Part shown: piece by piece, positions 20,234 through 30,539 of the stretch
How positions within the stretch are numbered: the stretch's first letter is position 1
Layout: every line of letters starts with the position of its first letter
Virus record (IMG/VR): IMGVR_UViG_3300047476_000521
Span: 72,103-136,102 of that record
Length of the DNA: 64,000 nucleotides
DNA from: a virus
Strand: one strand, 5' to 3'
The notes under the pieces: model-generated
The model's database searches: none
Seen by the model: the letters and a program-made list of their open reading frames with translations, nothing else
What the model was told of the DNA's origin: nothing
Made by a program: the position numbers and the translations under genes

Positions 20234-21300
20234 AAATTGCTCTAATTACTGATTCGCATGCAGGAGTCAGAAATGACTCTATGGCTTTTCACGATTATAT
20301 GAAGAAATTTTATGATGATGTTTTCTACAAATATCTAGACGTTCATAATATTAAAACAATTGTACATTTGGGCGACATTGTAGATCGCCGTAAATATATT
20401 AACACTTATACAGCTTTTCGTCTTAGGAAAGATCTGATTGAGCCTGCGCTCGAGCGTGGTATTAATTGGCACCAGATTATTGGTAACCATGACACGTATC
20501 ATAAGAACACTAACGAGGTTTCTTCTTTCACTGAACTTTTCGGTAGTTATATTAATTACACTACTCTAAATATCTATGATAAAGCAACCGAAGTAGTGTT
20601 CGATAATACCAAGATTTTATTCATTCCTTGGATTTGCGATGATAATAAAGAACACTCCTTCAAATTAATTAAGGAAACAGATGCACAAATTGCTTTCGGA
20701 CATTTGGAAATTCAGGGATTCGAAATGTTCAAAGGTTCTATCGTTTCTCATGGAGATGATCCAAATGTGTTCGGACGTTTTGATCTTGTCTGCTCTGGGC
20801 ATTTTCATCATCGCTCAAACCGTGGCAACATTCATTATCTTGGTTCTCCTGCAGAGTTTACTTGGTCTGATTACGATGATCCACGTGGCTTTCATATATT
20901 TGACACGGAAACGAGAGATCTAAAGTTTATTGAAAATCCATATAAGATGTTTCATAAGTTTTGGTATAATGATGGCGATCCTAAGTTCGTAGATTCTGAG
21001 GTTGATTATAGTCAGTTTAAAAATAAAACAATCAAGATCATTATTACCGAAAAGAACAATCCTTATTGGTTTGAAAAATTCGTAGAGAATATAGAAAAAC
21101 AGAATCCTGTTGATATTCAAATTGTAGAAGATCATCTAAACCTAAACATGGAAGAAGATCAGGAAATTGTTGACGAAGCCGAATCTACAATTGAAATTTT
21201 TAAGAAGTATATTACGGGCGCTGAAGTAAAGGGCGTTGATAAAACTAGATTAGAAAGTAAGATTATAGAACTTTATAATGAGGCTCTTACAGTTGAGTGA
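20230..21300 (+). CDS. gp47: Recombination endonuclease subunit gp47 (Mre11-like)
   Basis: D.H, GD..D, GNHD, GH, SGHFH metallophosphoesterase motifs. Confidence 0.95.
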   Translation: MKIALITDSHAGVRNDSMAFHDYMKKFYDDVFYKYLDVHNIKTIVHLGDIVDRRKYINTYTAFRLRKDLIEPALERGINWHQIIGNHDTYHKNTNEVSSFTELFGSYINYTTLNIYDKATEVVFDNTKILFIPWICDDNKEHSFKLIKETDAQIAFGHLEIQGFEMFKGSIVSHGDDPNVFGRFDLVCSGHFHHRSNRGNIHYLGSPAEFTWSDYDDPRGFHIFDTETRDLKFIENPYKMFHKFWYNDGDPKFVDSEVDYSQFKNKTIKIIITEKNNPYWFEKFVENIEKQNPVDIQIVEDHLNLNMEEDQEIVDEAESTIEIFKKYITGAEVKGVDKTRLESKIIELYNEALTVE

Positions 21301-21308
21301 TTTGACAT

Positions 21309-23015
21309 ATGATAATCTTTAAGAAATTAAGATGGAAAAATCTATTATCTACTGGTAATGTGTTTACCGAGATTGATTTATTTAATAAAGAAACTACGCT
21401 AATAGTCGGAACTAATGGCGCTGGTAAATCAACCATTTTAGACGCTTTATCTTTTGTTCTGTTTGGTAAACCTTTCCGTAAAATTACAAAACCACAATTA
21501 ATTAATTCTATTACTCAAAAAAACTGCGTAGTAGAAGTTGAATTTACTATTGGTATGAATAATTATAAGATTATTCGTGGTATGAAGCCGACTATATTTG
21601 AAGTTTATATGAATGATAAGCTTCTTAATCAGTCTGCAGAAATGAAAGATTACCAAGAAATTCTAGAAAAGCAGATTATCAAAGTAAATCAAAAGTCTTT
21701 TAATCAAGTAGTTGTTCTAGGCTCGGCTACATTCCAACCATTTATGCAGTTACCTGCTGGCCAGCGTAGAGAGATTATTGAAGACCTTTTAGATTTACAT
21801 ATATTCACTATAATGAACTCTCTATTAAAAGATAAAGTGTTAATTAATAGTGGGTCTATTACCGATTCGTTAAACAATAAAAAGTTAGTAGAATCAAAAT
21901 TAGAATTAACCAAACAGCATATGCAAGAGGTTAACGAAAACATTGCTAAAACCATTAAAGAAAAACAAAAATTAATAAACGAAACTGAGAATAAAGTAAA
22001 AGATCTTAACAAGAAATATTCTGATTTAGAAACTCAAATTGAAACTCTATGTTCTAAGACGGAAGATGAAGAAACTGTTTCTAAAAAGATCAACAAAATC
22101 TCTAAACTAAGGCATCAGATTGAAGCTAAAGTTTCGTTGTTGAATAGCGATCTAGACTTTTTCAAAAACCATGAAAATTGCCCTACTTGTAAACAGCATA
22201 TCGCTGAAGACTTTAGGTTAAAAACTATAGAAGAAAAGAATATCCAAAAGAAAGAGATCGAAGATGGTCTTAATCTGTTGCTAGTGGAATATGAGACAAC
22301 TAATAATAGATTAAATCAAATTATGGAATTAATTAACGAAATTCGGTCATTAGAAATGAAGAAAATTGAATGTAAAACTACTATCAATTCTCTAACAAAA
22401 TATTCTCGATCTTTAGAGGAAGAAATTGATAGCTTACAAAAACCAATTAAAACTGTATCCGAGGATAAGGTTGCAGATTTTCAATTAGAAATTAAACAGA
22501 TTGAAGGCGAATATAATAAACTAATCGAGGAAAGAAACCTATTGACTGCTGCTGGGATATTGTTAAAGGACGGCGGTATTAAGTCTAAAATCGTCAAACA
22601 ATATATACCTGTTATTAACAAACTTATTAATAAGTATCTTTCTGCTATGGATTTCTTTGTTTCTTTTGAACTTGACGAGCAGTTTAACGAGACTATAAAG
22701 TCCAGATACAGAGACGACTTTACATATGCTTCTTTCTCGGAAGGCGAAAAACAAAAGATCGATCTAGCGTTATTGTTTACTTGGAGAGCAGTAGCTAAAT
22801 TGCGTAATTCGATTAATACAAATCTTCTTATAATGGATGAAGTATTTGACTCTTCTTTGGATATGAATGCTGTAGACTATCTAATGAATATTATCCGAGA
22901 TATATCAAAAGATAGTAACATTATAATCATATCACATAAAGAACATCTCAACGAGAAGTTCAATAACGTCTTGAAATTCGTTAAGAATAAAAATTTCTCT
23001 CAGATCCAAGAATAA
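21309..23015 (+). CDS. gp46: Recombination ATPase subunit gp46 (Rad50-like)
   Basis: NGAGKST, CPTC hook, FSEGEK, LIMDE.FD..LD. Confidence 0.96.
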   Translation: MIIFKKLRWKNLLSTGNVFTEIDLFNKETTLIVGTNGAGKSTILDALSFVLFGKPFRKITKPQLINSITQKNCVVEVEFTIGMNNYKIIRGMKPTIFEVYMNDKLLNQSAEMKDYQEILEKQIIKVNQKSFNQVVVLGSATFQPFMQLPAGQRREIIEDLLDLHIFTIMNSLLKDKVLINSGSITDSLNNKKLVESKLELTKQHMQEVNENIAKTIKEKQKLINETENKVKDLNKKYSDLETQIETLCSKTEDEETVSKKINKISKLRHQIEAKVSLLNSDLDFFKNHENCPTCKQHIAEDFRLKTIEEKNIQKKEIEDGLNLLLVEYETTNNRLNQIMELINEIRSLEMKKIECKTTINSLTKYSRSLEEEIDSLQKPIKTVSEDKVADFQLEIKQIEGEYNKLIEERNLLTAAGILLKDGGIKSKIVKQYIPVINKLINKYLSAMDFFVSFELDEQFNETIKSRYRDDFTYASFSEGEKQKIDLALLFTWRAVAKLRNSINTNLLIMDEVFDSSLDMNAVDYLMNIIRDISKDSNIIIISHKEHLNEKFNNVLKFVKNKNFSQIQE

Positions 23016-23045
23016 TATTGCTTTATTTACAATTGAGGTTATAAT

Positions 23046-23519
23046 ATGAATCTAGATGATAGATATTTACTCGAGAAATGCGAAGACTTTGATTTCAAAG
23101 ATCCTCCGTTTGATCCCGTGCAGTTTGCTCAGACATTAGTAAAATATATGCACGAGAAAAACGGATTAGGATTGGCTGCTAATCAGGTCGGAGTTCCATA
23201 TCGCATATTCGCTATGCGTGGTTCTCCTGAAAATTTCGTTTGCTATAATCCTAAGATAGTTCAGATAAGCGATCAAACAGTAACTCTAGAGGAAGGTTGT
23301 CTTTCTTATCCTAATCTTTATGTTAAAATTAAAAGACCATCGATGATAAGAGTTAGATTCACCACTCCTAATGGAGATACAATCACGAAACAATTTATTG
23401 GAATGACTGCTAGATGTTTTCAGCACGAGTATGATCATTTAGAAGGTAAAAGGTTTTATGACCAAGCTAATAAATTTCACAGAGATCAAGCCATAAGGAA
23501 GTGGAAGAAAAATGGGTAA
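23046..23519 (+). CDS. def: Peptide deformylase
   Basis: GLGLAANQVG, EGCLS, QHEYDHL motifs. Confidence 0.95.
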   Translation: MNLDDRYLLEKCEDFDFKDPPFDPVQFAQTLVKYMHEKNGLGLAANQVGVPYRIFAMRGSPENFVCYNPKIVQISDQTVTLEEGCLSYPNLYVKIKRPSMIRVRFTTPNGDTITKQFIGMTARCFQHEYDHLEGKRFYDQANKFHRDQAIRKWKKNG

Positions 23520-23670
23520 ATGGTTCGATATAGCAGGATTGAACGAAAGATATTTTCATTTCGACAATCTAGTAGAGTTAATGCACAAGATTGAAGATTT
23601 AGCATTATTTGCTATTTTGTGCTTTTTAGTTTATATTTGGGTTAAGTTGTTTCTCTATTGGGATAATTAA
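23512..23670 (+). CDS. Small membrane protein (52 aa)
   Basis: MGKWFDIAG...LALFAILCFLVYIWVKLFLYWDN*; fills the gap with overlapping start/stop. Confidence 0.45.
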   Translation: MGKWFDIAGLNERYFHFDNLVELMHKIEDLALFAILCFLVYIWVKLFLYWDN

Positions 23671-24233
23671 TGAACATCTTTTATATTTCTGATAATCCTG
23701 TTCAAGCTGCCGAGTGGATGGTAGATCGTCATGTCGTTAAGATGATCCTAGAATCTGCTCAGCTTCTTTCTACTGCACATCGTATTCTTGATGGTAGAGA
23801 GATTCAGTTAGAAGTTCAGGTTGAACAGGAAGACGGGAACGTTAAGACTCGTAAGAAGAAGTGGTGGTTACTAAATGATGCTCGCGAGCACATTATCTAT
23901 TCAGCTACGCACATCAATCATCCTTCTGCTATCTGGGCTCGCACGAGCGTAGAGAATTACAATTGGCTCGTAGATCATTTCTTTGCATTGATGGAAGAAT
24001 ACACTTATCGTTACGATAAGACTCATAAGTGCTATGGTGAAATCTCTGCGACTCTGTGCTCTCCTCCCAAAAACTTAACTGAATATGATATGACAACCAT
24101 GCCATCTTGTATGGATCCTAAGTATATTGTATCTTCGGATCCGATAGAGAATTATCGTAATTATTACAAGGTGGGTAAAACTCATCTTCATACTTGGAAA
24201 AACCGTAACCCGCCGGAGTGGATGAATGACTAA
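23670..24233 (+). CDS. Pyrimidine-dimer DNA glycosylase-like protein (DenV-related phage family)
   Basis: MNIFY..., DRHVVKMILESAQLLSTAH, H.NHPS..W, YRNYY...K. Confidence 0.7.
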   Translation: MNIFYISDNPVQAAEWMVDRHVVKMILESAQLLSTAHRILDGREIQLEVQVEQEDGNVKTRKKKWWLLNDAREHIIYSATHINHPSAIWARTSVENYNWLVDHFFALMEEYTYRYDKTHKCYGEISATLCSPPKNLTEYDMTTMPSCMDPKYIVSSDPIENYRNYYKVGKTHLHTWKNRNPPEWMND

Positions 24234-24612
24234 TTTTTATAAAGATGTAAAAGAGTTTCAAACAGCAGTAGGTCAGAACGTAGGACAGGCTCCAGCTTTT
24301 CCTGATAACTCTGAACGTGCTTTACGAATGAGACTTCTAGAAGAAGAGTTTGACGAATACAACGAAGGCGAGTATAATAACGACTTGGAAAACATCGCTA
24401 AAGAGCTTGCTGATATTATTTACATTGTATGTGGCACTGCTGTTTCGTATGGTATTCCTCTTGATAAAGTATTCGATGAGGTTCATCGATCAAACATGGC
24501 AAAGTTAGTTGATGGTAAACCAATTCGTCGTGATGATGGTAAGATTTTAAAGCCAGAGGGTTGGACGGCTCCTGACATTAAAAAGATTCTTTATGGAGTA
24601 AGTGATGGTTAA
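24226..24612 (+). CDS. MazG-like nucleoside-triphosphate pyrophosphohydrolase
   Basis: EE..E, KELAD..Y, EVHRSNM.K, R.DGK.LKP. Confidence 0.85.
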   Translation: MTNFYKDVKEFQTAVGQNVGQAPAFPDNSERALRMRLLEEEFDEYNEGEYNNDLENIAKELADIIYIVCGTAVSYGIPLDKVFDEVHRSNMAKLVDGKPIRRDDGKILKPEGWTAPDIKKILYGVSDG

Positions 24613-25987
24613 ACGTATTGTTGCAAGAGAAAAACATGATTCTGAACATCTTCTAGGAACATTTCTAGACGAAAGTCATTATGATGTTTTAATCACAAAA
24701 GATACAGATTGTTTCATGCCGCCGAACTGCGATGTCATTACCAAGGCAGATTGCGGTATGAATGATTGTGATACTTGCGAAAAGGGTAATGACGAACTAC
24801 GTATTGCTTTTAAGTTTCGTAAGAATTATTTCTCCAAGCAAGAATGTCATGAAGCATATCTTGGTCTAAGGGGTGCAGCTACTGAATCGCAGAACCGTGG
24901 TCTAGCTGCTGGGCCTCGTGGAGAAATGCTTGCATGCGAAGGTCGTGGCGGTCGTGATTGGGTTACTCCTTATCAGGCTGAGATGCTAGACTTTCTTCAG
25001 TTAGATGCTGCTAACTTAGAATCTTATTTTGACGAAGAAACTTCAGTAGAAAGCATTCGTGCTAAGTATAACGATCCTAAATATAAGCCAGTAGACGAAA
25101 CTCGTGGCACTGTTTGGCTTCGTTCTGAGGTCGAAAAGGTTTATCCTGAGTATCATGGTTGGTTCGATAAGTGGGTCGATGGCCTTAGTAATAAACCAAA
25201 GGAGATGGTTCGTGAAGAAGCAAGAATGGTTGCAGAAAAGTGGGCTTCGACCACAAATTATGCCAAGTCCGTGTTCTCAGGTGTGGCTGGCTGGTACGAT
25301 CGTTACCCTCGCATTCCTTATGGGCGTCCAACTTCATATACTGAGAAATACCCAGAGCTATTTGAGCAAGCATATCCATTCCTCCAAACCCTAAACAAGG
25401 GTTTTCGCGAACTCCTTCCTTGGCGTTGGAAGAATCAGCGTGCTGCTGCAGATAAGCTTGATCCACGCTTCCTAGTTCCAGGAACAGTGTTTACTACAAT
25501 CACTGTTAATAAAACATTCAGAACTGCAGCGCACAGAGATGCTGGTGATCTTGAATCAGGATTATCAAACCTTCTTGTTCTAGGCTCAGGAGATTATACT
25601 GGTGGTTATCTTATTTTCCCTGAGTATAGGATTGCTGTTGATGTTCGTCCTGGCGATCTCCTTCTTGTTAATAATCATGAAATTATTCATGGAAATACAC
25701 CTATTGTACTTAACAATCCTGATGATCCTGCTTGCGAGAGAATCTCCGTAGTTTGTTATTTCCGAGAGAAGATGCTTGAGCTAAAGGGTTATGACTACGA
25801 AGCATTGCGTAAGCAATATGTTGAAGAACGTCGCATGAATAAGGATCATCGTTTACATCGTCCGTTGTGGAATGGAGTTTCACCAGGAATGTGGGAAGAA
25901 AAAGAATGGTATGATTATCTCCATGAACATGGTATGATTGATCCTTATGGTAAGGATGAAGTTGCAAGCCTAGAAGGATTTTTCTAA
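24605..25987 (+). CDS. TET/JBP-family 2OG-Fe(II) dioxygenase (pyrimidine methyl hydroxylase)
   Basis: FTTITVN..FRTAAHRDAGD (HxD), HGNT, R.S.V.YFRE in a double-stranded beta-helix; adjacent to a glycosyltransferase. Confidence 0.8.
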   Translation: MVKRIVAREKHDSEHLLGTFLDESHYDVLITKDTDCFMPPNCDVITKADCGMNDCDTCEKGNDELRIAFKFRKNYFSKQECHEAYLGLRGAATESQNRGLAAGPRGEMLACEGRGGRDWVTPYQAEMLDFLQLDAANLESYFDEETSVESIRAKYNDPKYKPVDETRGTVWLRSEVEKVYPEYHGWFDKWVDGLSNKPKEMVREEARMVAEKWASTTNYAKSVFSGVAGWYDRYPRIPYGRPTSYTEKYPELFEQAYPFLQTLNKGFRELLPWRWKNQRAAADKLDPRFLVPGTVFTTITVNKTFRTAAHRDAGDLESGLSNLLVLGSGDYTGGYLIFPEYRIAVDVRPGDLLLVNNHEIIHGNTPIVLNNPDDPACERISVVCYFREKMLELKGYDYEALRKQYVEERRMNKDHRLHRPLWNGVSPGMWEEKEWYDYLHEHGMIDPYGKDEVASLEGFF

Positions 25988-26769
25988 TGGATTATCAAAT
26001 TGCTATTCCTTCGTATAAGCGCCCAGAAACTATTAAGAAAAAGACTCTAAAAGTTTTAGAGAGTTATAATATCGATCCGTCACGAATTACAATCTTTGTA
26101 GCGGATGAAGAAGAACTTGCCGCTTATAAGAAGTCTTTAGGAGGAACTCCTTATCAGAAGTTAGTGGTCGGTGTTCATACCATTGGAGCGCAACGTAACT
26201 TTATTGAAAAGTATTATCCTGAAGGCACTAAGTTGGTGATGTTTGATGATGATGTTGAAGAAGTTCAGAAGAAAATCTCCGAGCAGAAACTTGGTAGGCT
26301 CGAAGACCTTGAGAAAGACTTCATCATCAAGGGGTTTGAAGAATGCGAAAAGGTTGGTGCGAAAACGTTTGGCATCTATGCTGCCTCAAATGCATACTTT
26401 ATGAAGGATAGAGTTTACACTAAGCTCTGTTATGTTATTGCTTCAATGTTTGGTGTGATTGTAGATCATGATCCATTTCTTGAACGTGTGACAAATCATG
26501 GTGAAGATTACGAATATTCTATTCGCCAGTATGTAAAGAATGATGCAGTTGTTCGATTTGATTATCTCACAGTTAAATCTAATTATTACAAAGAAGATGG
26601 CGGATTACAGACAATTCGTACCAAAGAATATGTTTATGAATCTATTAAAAAGATTGCAGACATGTTTCCTGATTTATGCACGATGTATATTCGTGAGACA
26701 ACTGGTAACGCTGAACTTCGATTGAAGGATATGCGTGTTAAAGGCAATACACTGGAGAGTTTTTTCTGA
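25987..26769 (+). CDS. TET-associated (TAGT/GREB1-like) GT-A glycosyltransferase
   Basis: IAIPSYKR, RN.I, MFDDD, EDY, GGLQ..R motifs; coupled to the TET/JBP gene. Confidence 0.75.
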   Translation: MDYQIAIPSYKRPETIKKKTLKVLESYNIDPSRITIFVADEEELAAYKKSLGGTPYQKLVVGVHTIGAQRNFIEKYYPEGTKLVMFDDDVEEVQKKISEQKLGRLEDLEKDFIIKGFEECEKVGAKTFGIYAASNAYFMKDRVYTKLCYVIASMFGVIVDHDPFLERVTNHGEDYEYSIRQYVKNDAVVRFDYLTVKSNYYKEDGGLQTIRTKEYVYESIKKIADMFPDLCTMYIRETTGNAELRLKDMRVKGNTLESFF

Positions 26770-27137
26770 TGACAAAATTATGCGACGATAATTGGATTTC
26801 ATTAAAGGATGCTATTAAACAACAGCAATATGGTTTGGCGCCAACTAAATACAAATATAAGGAAGACCAGATTATTGCTGACTTCCATGCCTATATCGAT
26901 AAAACATATGGGCAGCATTATATGACTGAAGAGCAGAATATAGAATGTTTTGATGTGTGGCTCGCCCTTGGTGAATCTATGCCTACCTTCCGAAACACAG
27001 CTATTAAGTATCTTTGGCGCTATGGAAAAAAGCATGGCAGCAATAAAGATGACTTGCTAAAAGTTCTGCATTACGTTATAATGATGTTATATGTGGACCA
27101 CTATAAGGAAGTAAATGAAGACTATCGAAGAACATAA
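26769..27137 (+). CDS. DUF3310-like protein (nucleotide kinase-related)
   Basis: HY...IECFD...F...AIKYLWRYGKK....DLLK..HY. Confidence 0.7.
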   Translation: MTKLCDDNWISLKDAIKQQQYGLAPTKYKYKEDQIIADFHAYIDKTYGQHYMTEEQNIECFDVWLALGESMPTFRNTAIKYLWRYGKKHGSNKDDLLKVLHYVIMMLYVDHYKEVNEDYRRT

Positions 27138-27309
27138 TCGCGAGAAGTATGAACACTACGCTTTAAAAGAAGTAGGAACTGGTGTTCAATGTCCGCATTG
27201 TGGCGATGAAATGTTTGAATCAGAACCAGAAGTTGTTTTGTTAACCTTTCCTCCACGAAAAAAAGTTCATTGCAAAAGTTGTAAATATAAAACAACATTG
27301 ATTAAGTAA
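27115..27309 (+). CDS. Small zinc-ribbon protein
   Basis: CPHC...HCKSC. Confidence 0.6.
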   Translation: MKTIEEHNREKYEHYALKEVGTGVQCPHCGDEMFESEPEVVLLTFPPRKKVHCKSCKYKTTLIK

Positions 27310-27323
27310 GAAAGGTGATTTGA

Positions 27324-28196
27324 ATGGAAATTAAGATTCCTATTGAAAAGTTGAGAGAGCGTGGTTTGTTTGTTGCCACGCCAATGTATGGCGGCCAGTG
27401 TGCTGGTATGTTTGCTAAGTCTTGTGCAGACTTATCTGCTCTTTGTACTCAGTATGGTATTCCTCTACAATATTATTATCTTTTTAACGAGTCGCTAATT
27501 ACTCGTGCTCGTAATTATTGTTGTGATGAATTTATGCGTTCTCAGTCGCAACATCTAATGTTTATTGATGCTGACATTGGATTTAATCCACAAGATGTTA
27601 TCGCTCTTATGGCTCTACAAGCTCAAGAAGAGGAAAAGTTTGACATTATTGGCGGACCATATCCTAAGAAGTGTATCTCATGGGAAAAGATTAAGCACGC
27701 TGTAGATAAGGGTGTTGCTGATGATGACCCAGGCGTTCTAGAAAAGTTTGTTGGCGATTATGTATTCAACCCAAAGGGTAATCAAACTTCAATCCCACTA
27801 AGCGAACCAGTTGAAGTCCTAGAAATCGGAACTGGATTTATGATGGTTTCTAAGAAAGCCATGCAGAAATTTTACGACCATTACAAGGATCAGTATTCTT
27901 ATAAGCCAGACCATGTTCGTACGGAACATTTTGATGGTACTCGAGAAATTCTACAGTTTTTCCAGGCTGAAATTGATCCAAAGTCAAAGCGTTATCTATC
28001 AGAAGATTATTGGTTCTGTCAGAAGGCTCAGGATATTGGACTACGTACATGGTTCTGCCCATGGATGAAGATGCAGCATGTTGGAACTTATATCTTTGGT
28101 GGTTCTCTTGCTGATCTAGCTAGTATCGGCGCTTCAGCTACAGCTGATCCAGGCGCTCTTAAATCTAAGAAAATGATGAAGTCTAACATTAAGTGA
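27324..28196 (+). CDS. GT-A fold glycosyltransferase-like protein
   Basis: FVATPMYGG, ESLITRARN, FIDADI (DxD), GTGFM, LSEDY.FC. Confidence 0.75.
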   Translation: MEIKIPIEKLRERGLFVATPMYGGQCAGMFAKSCADLSALCTQYGIPLQYYYLFNESLITRARNYCCDEFMRSQSQHLMFIDADIGFNPQDVIALMALQAQEEEKFDIIGGPYPKKCISWEKIKHAVDKGVADDDPGVLEKFVGDYVFNPKGNQTSIPLSEPVEVLEIGTGFMMVSKKAMQKFYDHYKDQYSYKPDHVRTEHFDGTREILQFFQAEIDPKSKRYLSEDYWFCQKAQDIGLRTWFCPWMKMQHVGTYIFGGSLADLASIGASATADPGALKSKKMMKSNIK

Positions 28197-28212
28197 TAGG
28201 AGAAGGTATATT

Positions 28213-28866
28213 ATGAAAATTGATACAGATACAGTTAACGTTCTAAAGAATTTTGCTAAGATTAATCCATCCATTGTCATTCAGGAAGGCAACGTTCTAA
28301 AGACGATTTCACCGACTAAGACAATCATGGCCAAGGCAAAGGTTAAGACTGACTTTGATAAGCGATTTGCAATTTATAATCTCGATCGTTTCATTTCGAT
28401 CGTTAGCACTTTCACTGATCCAGATTTTAAGTTTGGAGATAGGTCTGTTGATATTTGCGACAATAATCGTAAGACTCATTATGTTTATGCTGACGAGAAT
28501 TCGGTAACCAAGGCACCAGATAGGGAGATTAATCTTCCATCTATCGACGTTACCTTTAGACTCACTAACGAGAACCTAAAGGATGTCGAGAAGGCTGCTG
28601 GCATTCTTGCTCTTCCTGAGATTGTTGTCATGGGTGATGGTAGTAACCTATTCCTACAGGCAGCTGATTCAAAGAACCCAAGCGGTGACGTTTATTCGAT
28701 CCAGATTGGAGAAACTGATAAGGCTTTTAAGGCAATCTTTAAGGCAGAGAATATCAAGATTATTCCTGGCGATTACGATGTCAGTATTTCAGCAAAGGGT
28801 ATTTCTCACTTTGTCCGAGATGAAGTTGAATACTACATTGCTGTTGAACAGACGTCAACTTTCTAA
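28213..28866 (+). CDS. gp45: Sliding clamp gp45
   Basis: LKNFA.IN.SI, F.IY.L..F, GDYDV.IS..G.S.F, YYIA.E. Confidence 0.93.
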   Translation: MKIDTDTVNVLKNFAKINPSIVIQEGNVLKTISPTKTIMAKAKVKTDFDKRFAIYNLDRFISIVSTFTDPDFKFGDRSVDICDNNRKTHYVYADENSVTKAPDREINLPSIDVTFRLTNENLKDVEKAAGILALPEIVVMGDGSNLFLQAADSKNPSGDVYSIQIGETDKAFKAIFKAENIKIIPGDYDVSISAKGISHFVRDEVEYYIAVEQTSTF

Positions 28867-28871
28867 TAGTT

Positions 28872-28895
28872 GGGGACTACGGTCCCCTTCTTTTT
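28872..28895 (+). terminator. Rho-independent terminator after gp45
   Basis: GGGGAC-TACG-GTCCCC-TTCTTTTT. Confidence 0.85.
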
Positions 28896-28912
28896 GATGT
28901 GAGGTTTATATT

Positions 28913-29146
28913 ATGAGAAAGATACCAGATCCGATAGTTATTCAAACAGTGTTTGGTCCAGAAGTTGCAACTAAGAAATGCAATGCATGTAAAGATGTAA
29001 AATACATTCATGAATTTTATTGCGAAACTCCTTCTAAGTTGAATAAACTTAAAAGATATGGAGAGCAGGTAAGAAATCAATGTATTGACTGTTGGGCAAA
29101 ATACCAAGGTCGTGTTTGGTCGCTACAATATGATGAGGTGAAATAA
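28913..29146 (+). CDS. Hypothetical protein (CxxC...CxxC)
   Basis: ORF with GAGG RBS. Confidence 0.55.
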   Translation: MRKIPDPIVIQTVFGPEVATKKCNACKDVKYIHEFYCETPSKLNKLKRYGEQVRNQCIDCWAKYQGRVWSLQYDEVK

Positions 29147-30084
29147 TGAATGAAGAATTTCTCTGGGTTGAAAAGTATCGTCCAAAGGCAATTGAAGATA
29201 CTATCCTTCCTTGTGATCTGAAGGCAACCTTTCAACAGTTTGTTGATCAAAAGAATATTCCTAATCTAATTCTAGCAGGCTCGGCAGGCGTTGGTAAGAC
29301 AACTGTTGCACGTGCTATGCTTGAGCAGTTAGGTTGTGATTATATCGTAATTAATGGATCTATGAATGGCAATATCGACACACTTCGTAACGAAATACTC
29401 AACTTTGCGTCATCCGTTTCATTATCAGGTGGCAGGAAATATGTCATCCTTGACGAAGCGGATTATCTTAATGCCAATTCTACTCAACCCGCACTTCGTA
29501 ATTTTATGGAAGAATTTTCCAGGAATTGCGGTTTCATCCTCACTTGCAACTTCAAGAATCGAATCATCGATCCTCTGCACTCCAGATGTTCTGTAATTGA
29601 TTTCAAGATTCCTAAGAAGTCCATGGCCAAGTTGGCTGGTCAGTTCTTCAAGCGTGTTCAGACCATCCTCGAGTCAGAAGGTGTGGAATACGACAAGGCA
29701 GTAGTTGCTGAGGTAATTAACAAGCACTTCCCAGATTGGCGTCGTGTTCTAAATGAACTACAGCGTTATTCAGCAACAGGTAAGATTGATTCTGGTATTC
29801 TAGCAAATATGACAGAATCATCAATCAAGGAATTGGTTGGGTTTCTTAAGAGTCAGAATTACACAGAGATCCGTAAGTGGGTTAAGAATAACCTAGACAC
29901 TGATGTTAATTATCTGTATAATCAGTTCTATGATATTTCTTCTGATATTTGTACCAAGCAATCAGCACCAGCACTAGTTCTGAGCCTTTCAAAGTATCAG
30001 TATCAGAATGCATTTGCTGCTAATCCAGAGATCAACTTTATGGCTTTTCTGATTGAGATTATGATTGAATGTGAGTTCGTTTGA
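29146..30084 (+). CDS. gp44: Clamp loader large subunit gp44
   Basis: WVEKYRP, G.AG.GKTT, DEAD, SRC. Confidence 0.96.
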   Translation: MNEEFLWVEKYRPKAIEDTILPCDLKATFQQFVDQKNIPNLILAGSAGVGKTTVARAMLEQLGCDYIVINGSMNGNIDTLRNEILNFASSVSLSGGRKYVILDEADYLNANSTQPALRNFMEEFSRNCGFILTCNFKNRIIDPLHSRCSVIDFKIPKKSMAKLAGQFFKRVQTILESEGVEYDKAVVAEVINKHFPDWRRVLNELQRYSATGKIDSGILANMTESSIKELVGFLKSQNYTEIRKWVKNNLDTDVNYLYNQFYDISSDICTKQSAPALVLSLSKYQYQNAFAANPEINFMAFLIEIMIECEFV

Positions 30085-30539
30085 TGACTAAGTTTCTAGA
30101 CGTTACGTTACAGGAGAGAAAAGAACCTAAACAAGAAATTAAATTGGAGAAACCCAGATATGACTGGCGGTATGAAAATTCTATTACCTCTGGGAAAGAA
30201 ATCGAGATTGACACTGATTATAGTCAATGGAGAACTAATAGTGTCCTATCAAATTATAGAGAAACCATCCTTTATGCCAACGAAATGAATTGTCATTATG
30301 GCGTAACAGATCAAATGCATTATGATTATCTTTATAATTCCATTCGTAAGAAAAGAATGAAGGGTGTTAAAGAAACAGATAAAGAAAAGAAAGATCGTAA
30401 GCAAAAGGAAGAGCTCCAATCTCTAGTTTCCGACTATTATAAATATAATATTGTGCGCACTAAAGAAGCTTTAAAAATACTTACTGCGGAACAATTGAAT
30501 TTTATAAAGAATAAAAATAATAAAGGTGGAGTCAAATGA
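30084..30539 (+). CDS. gp62: Clamp loader small subunit gp62
   Basis: ANEMN, YDYL.NSIRK; synteny gp44-gp62-regA. Confidence 0.85.
   Translation: MTKFLDVTLQERKEPKQEIKLEKPRYDWRYENSITSGKEIEIDTDYSQWRTNSVLSNYRETILYANEMNCHYGVTDQMHYDYLYNSIRKKRMKGVKETDKEKKDRKQKEELQSLVSDYYKYNIVRTKEALKILTAEQLNFIKNKNNKGGVK

Noticed and set aside
427-22754. Antisense and alternate-frame ORFs within structural and replication genes (e.g. 427-831, 14298-14591, 16037-16303)
   Set aside because: They are fully nested in well-supported genes and explained by codon bias.
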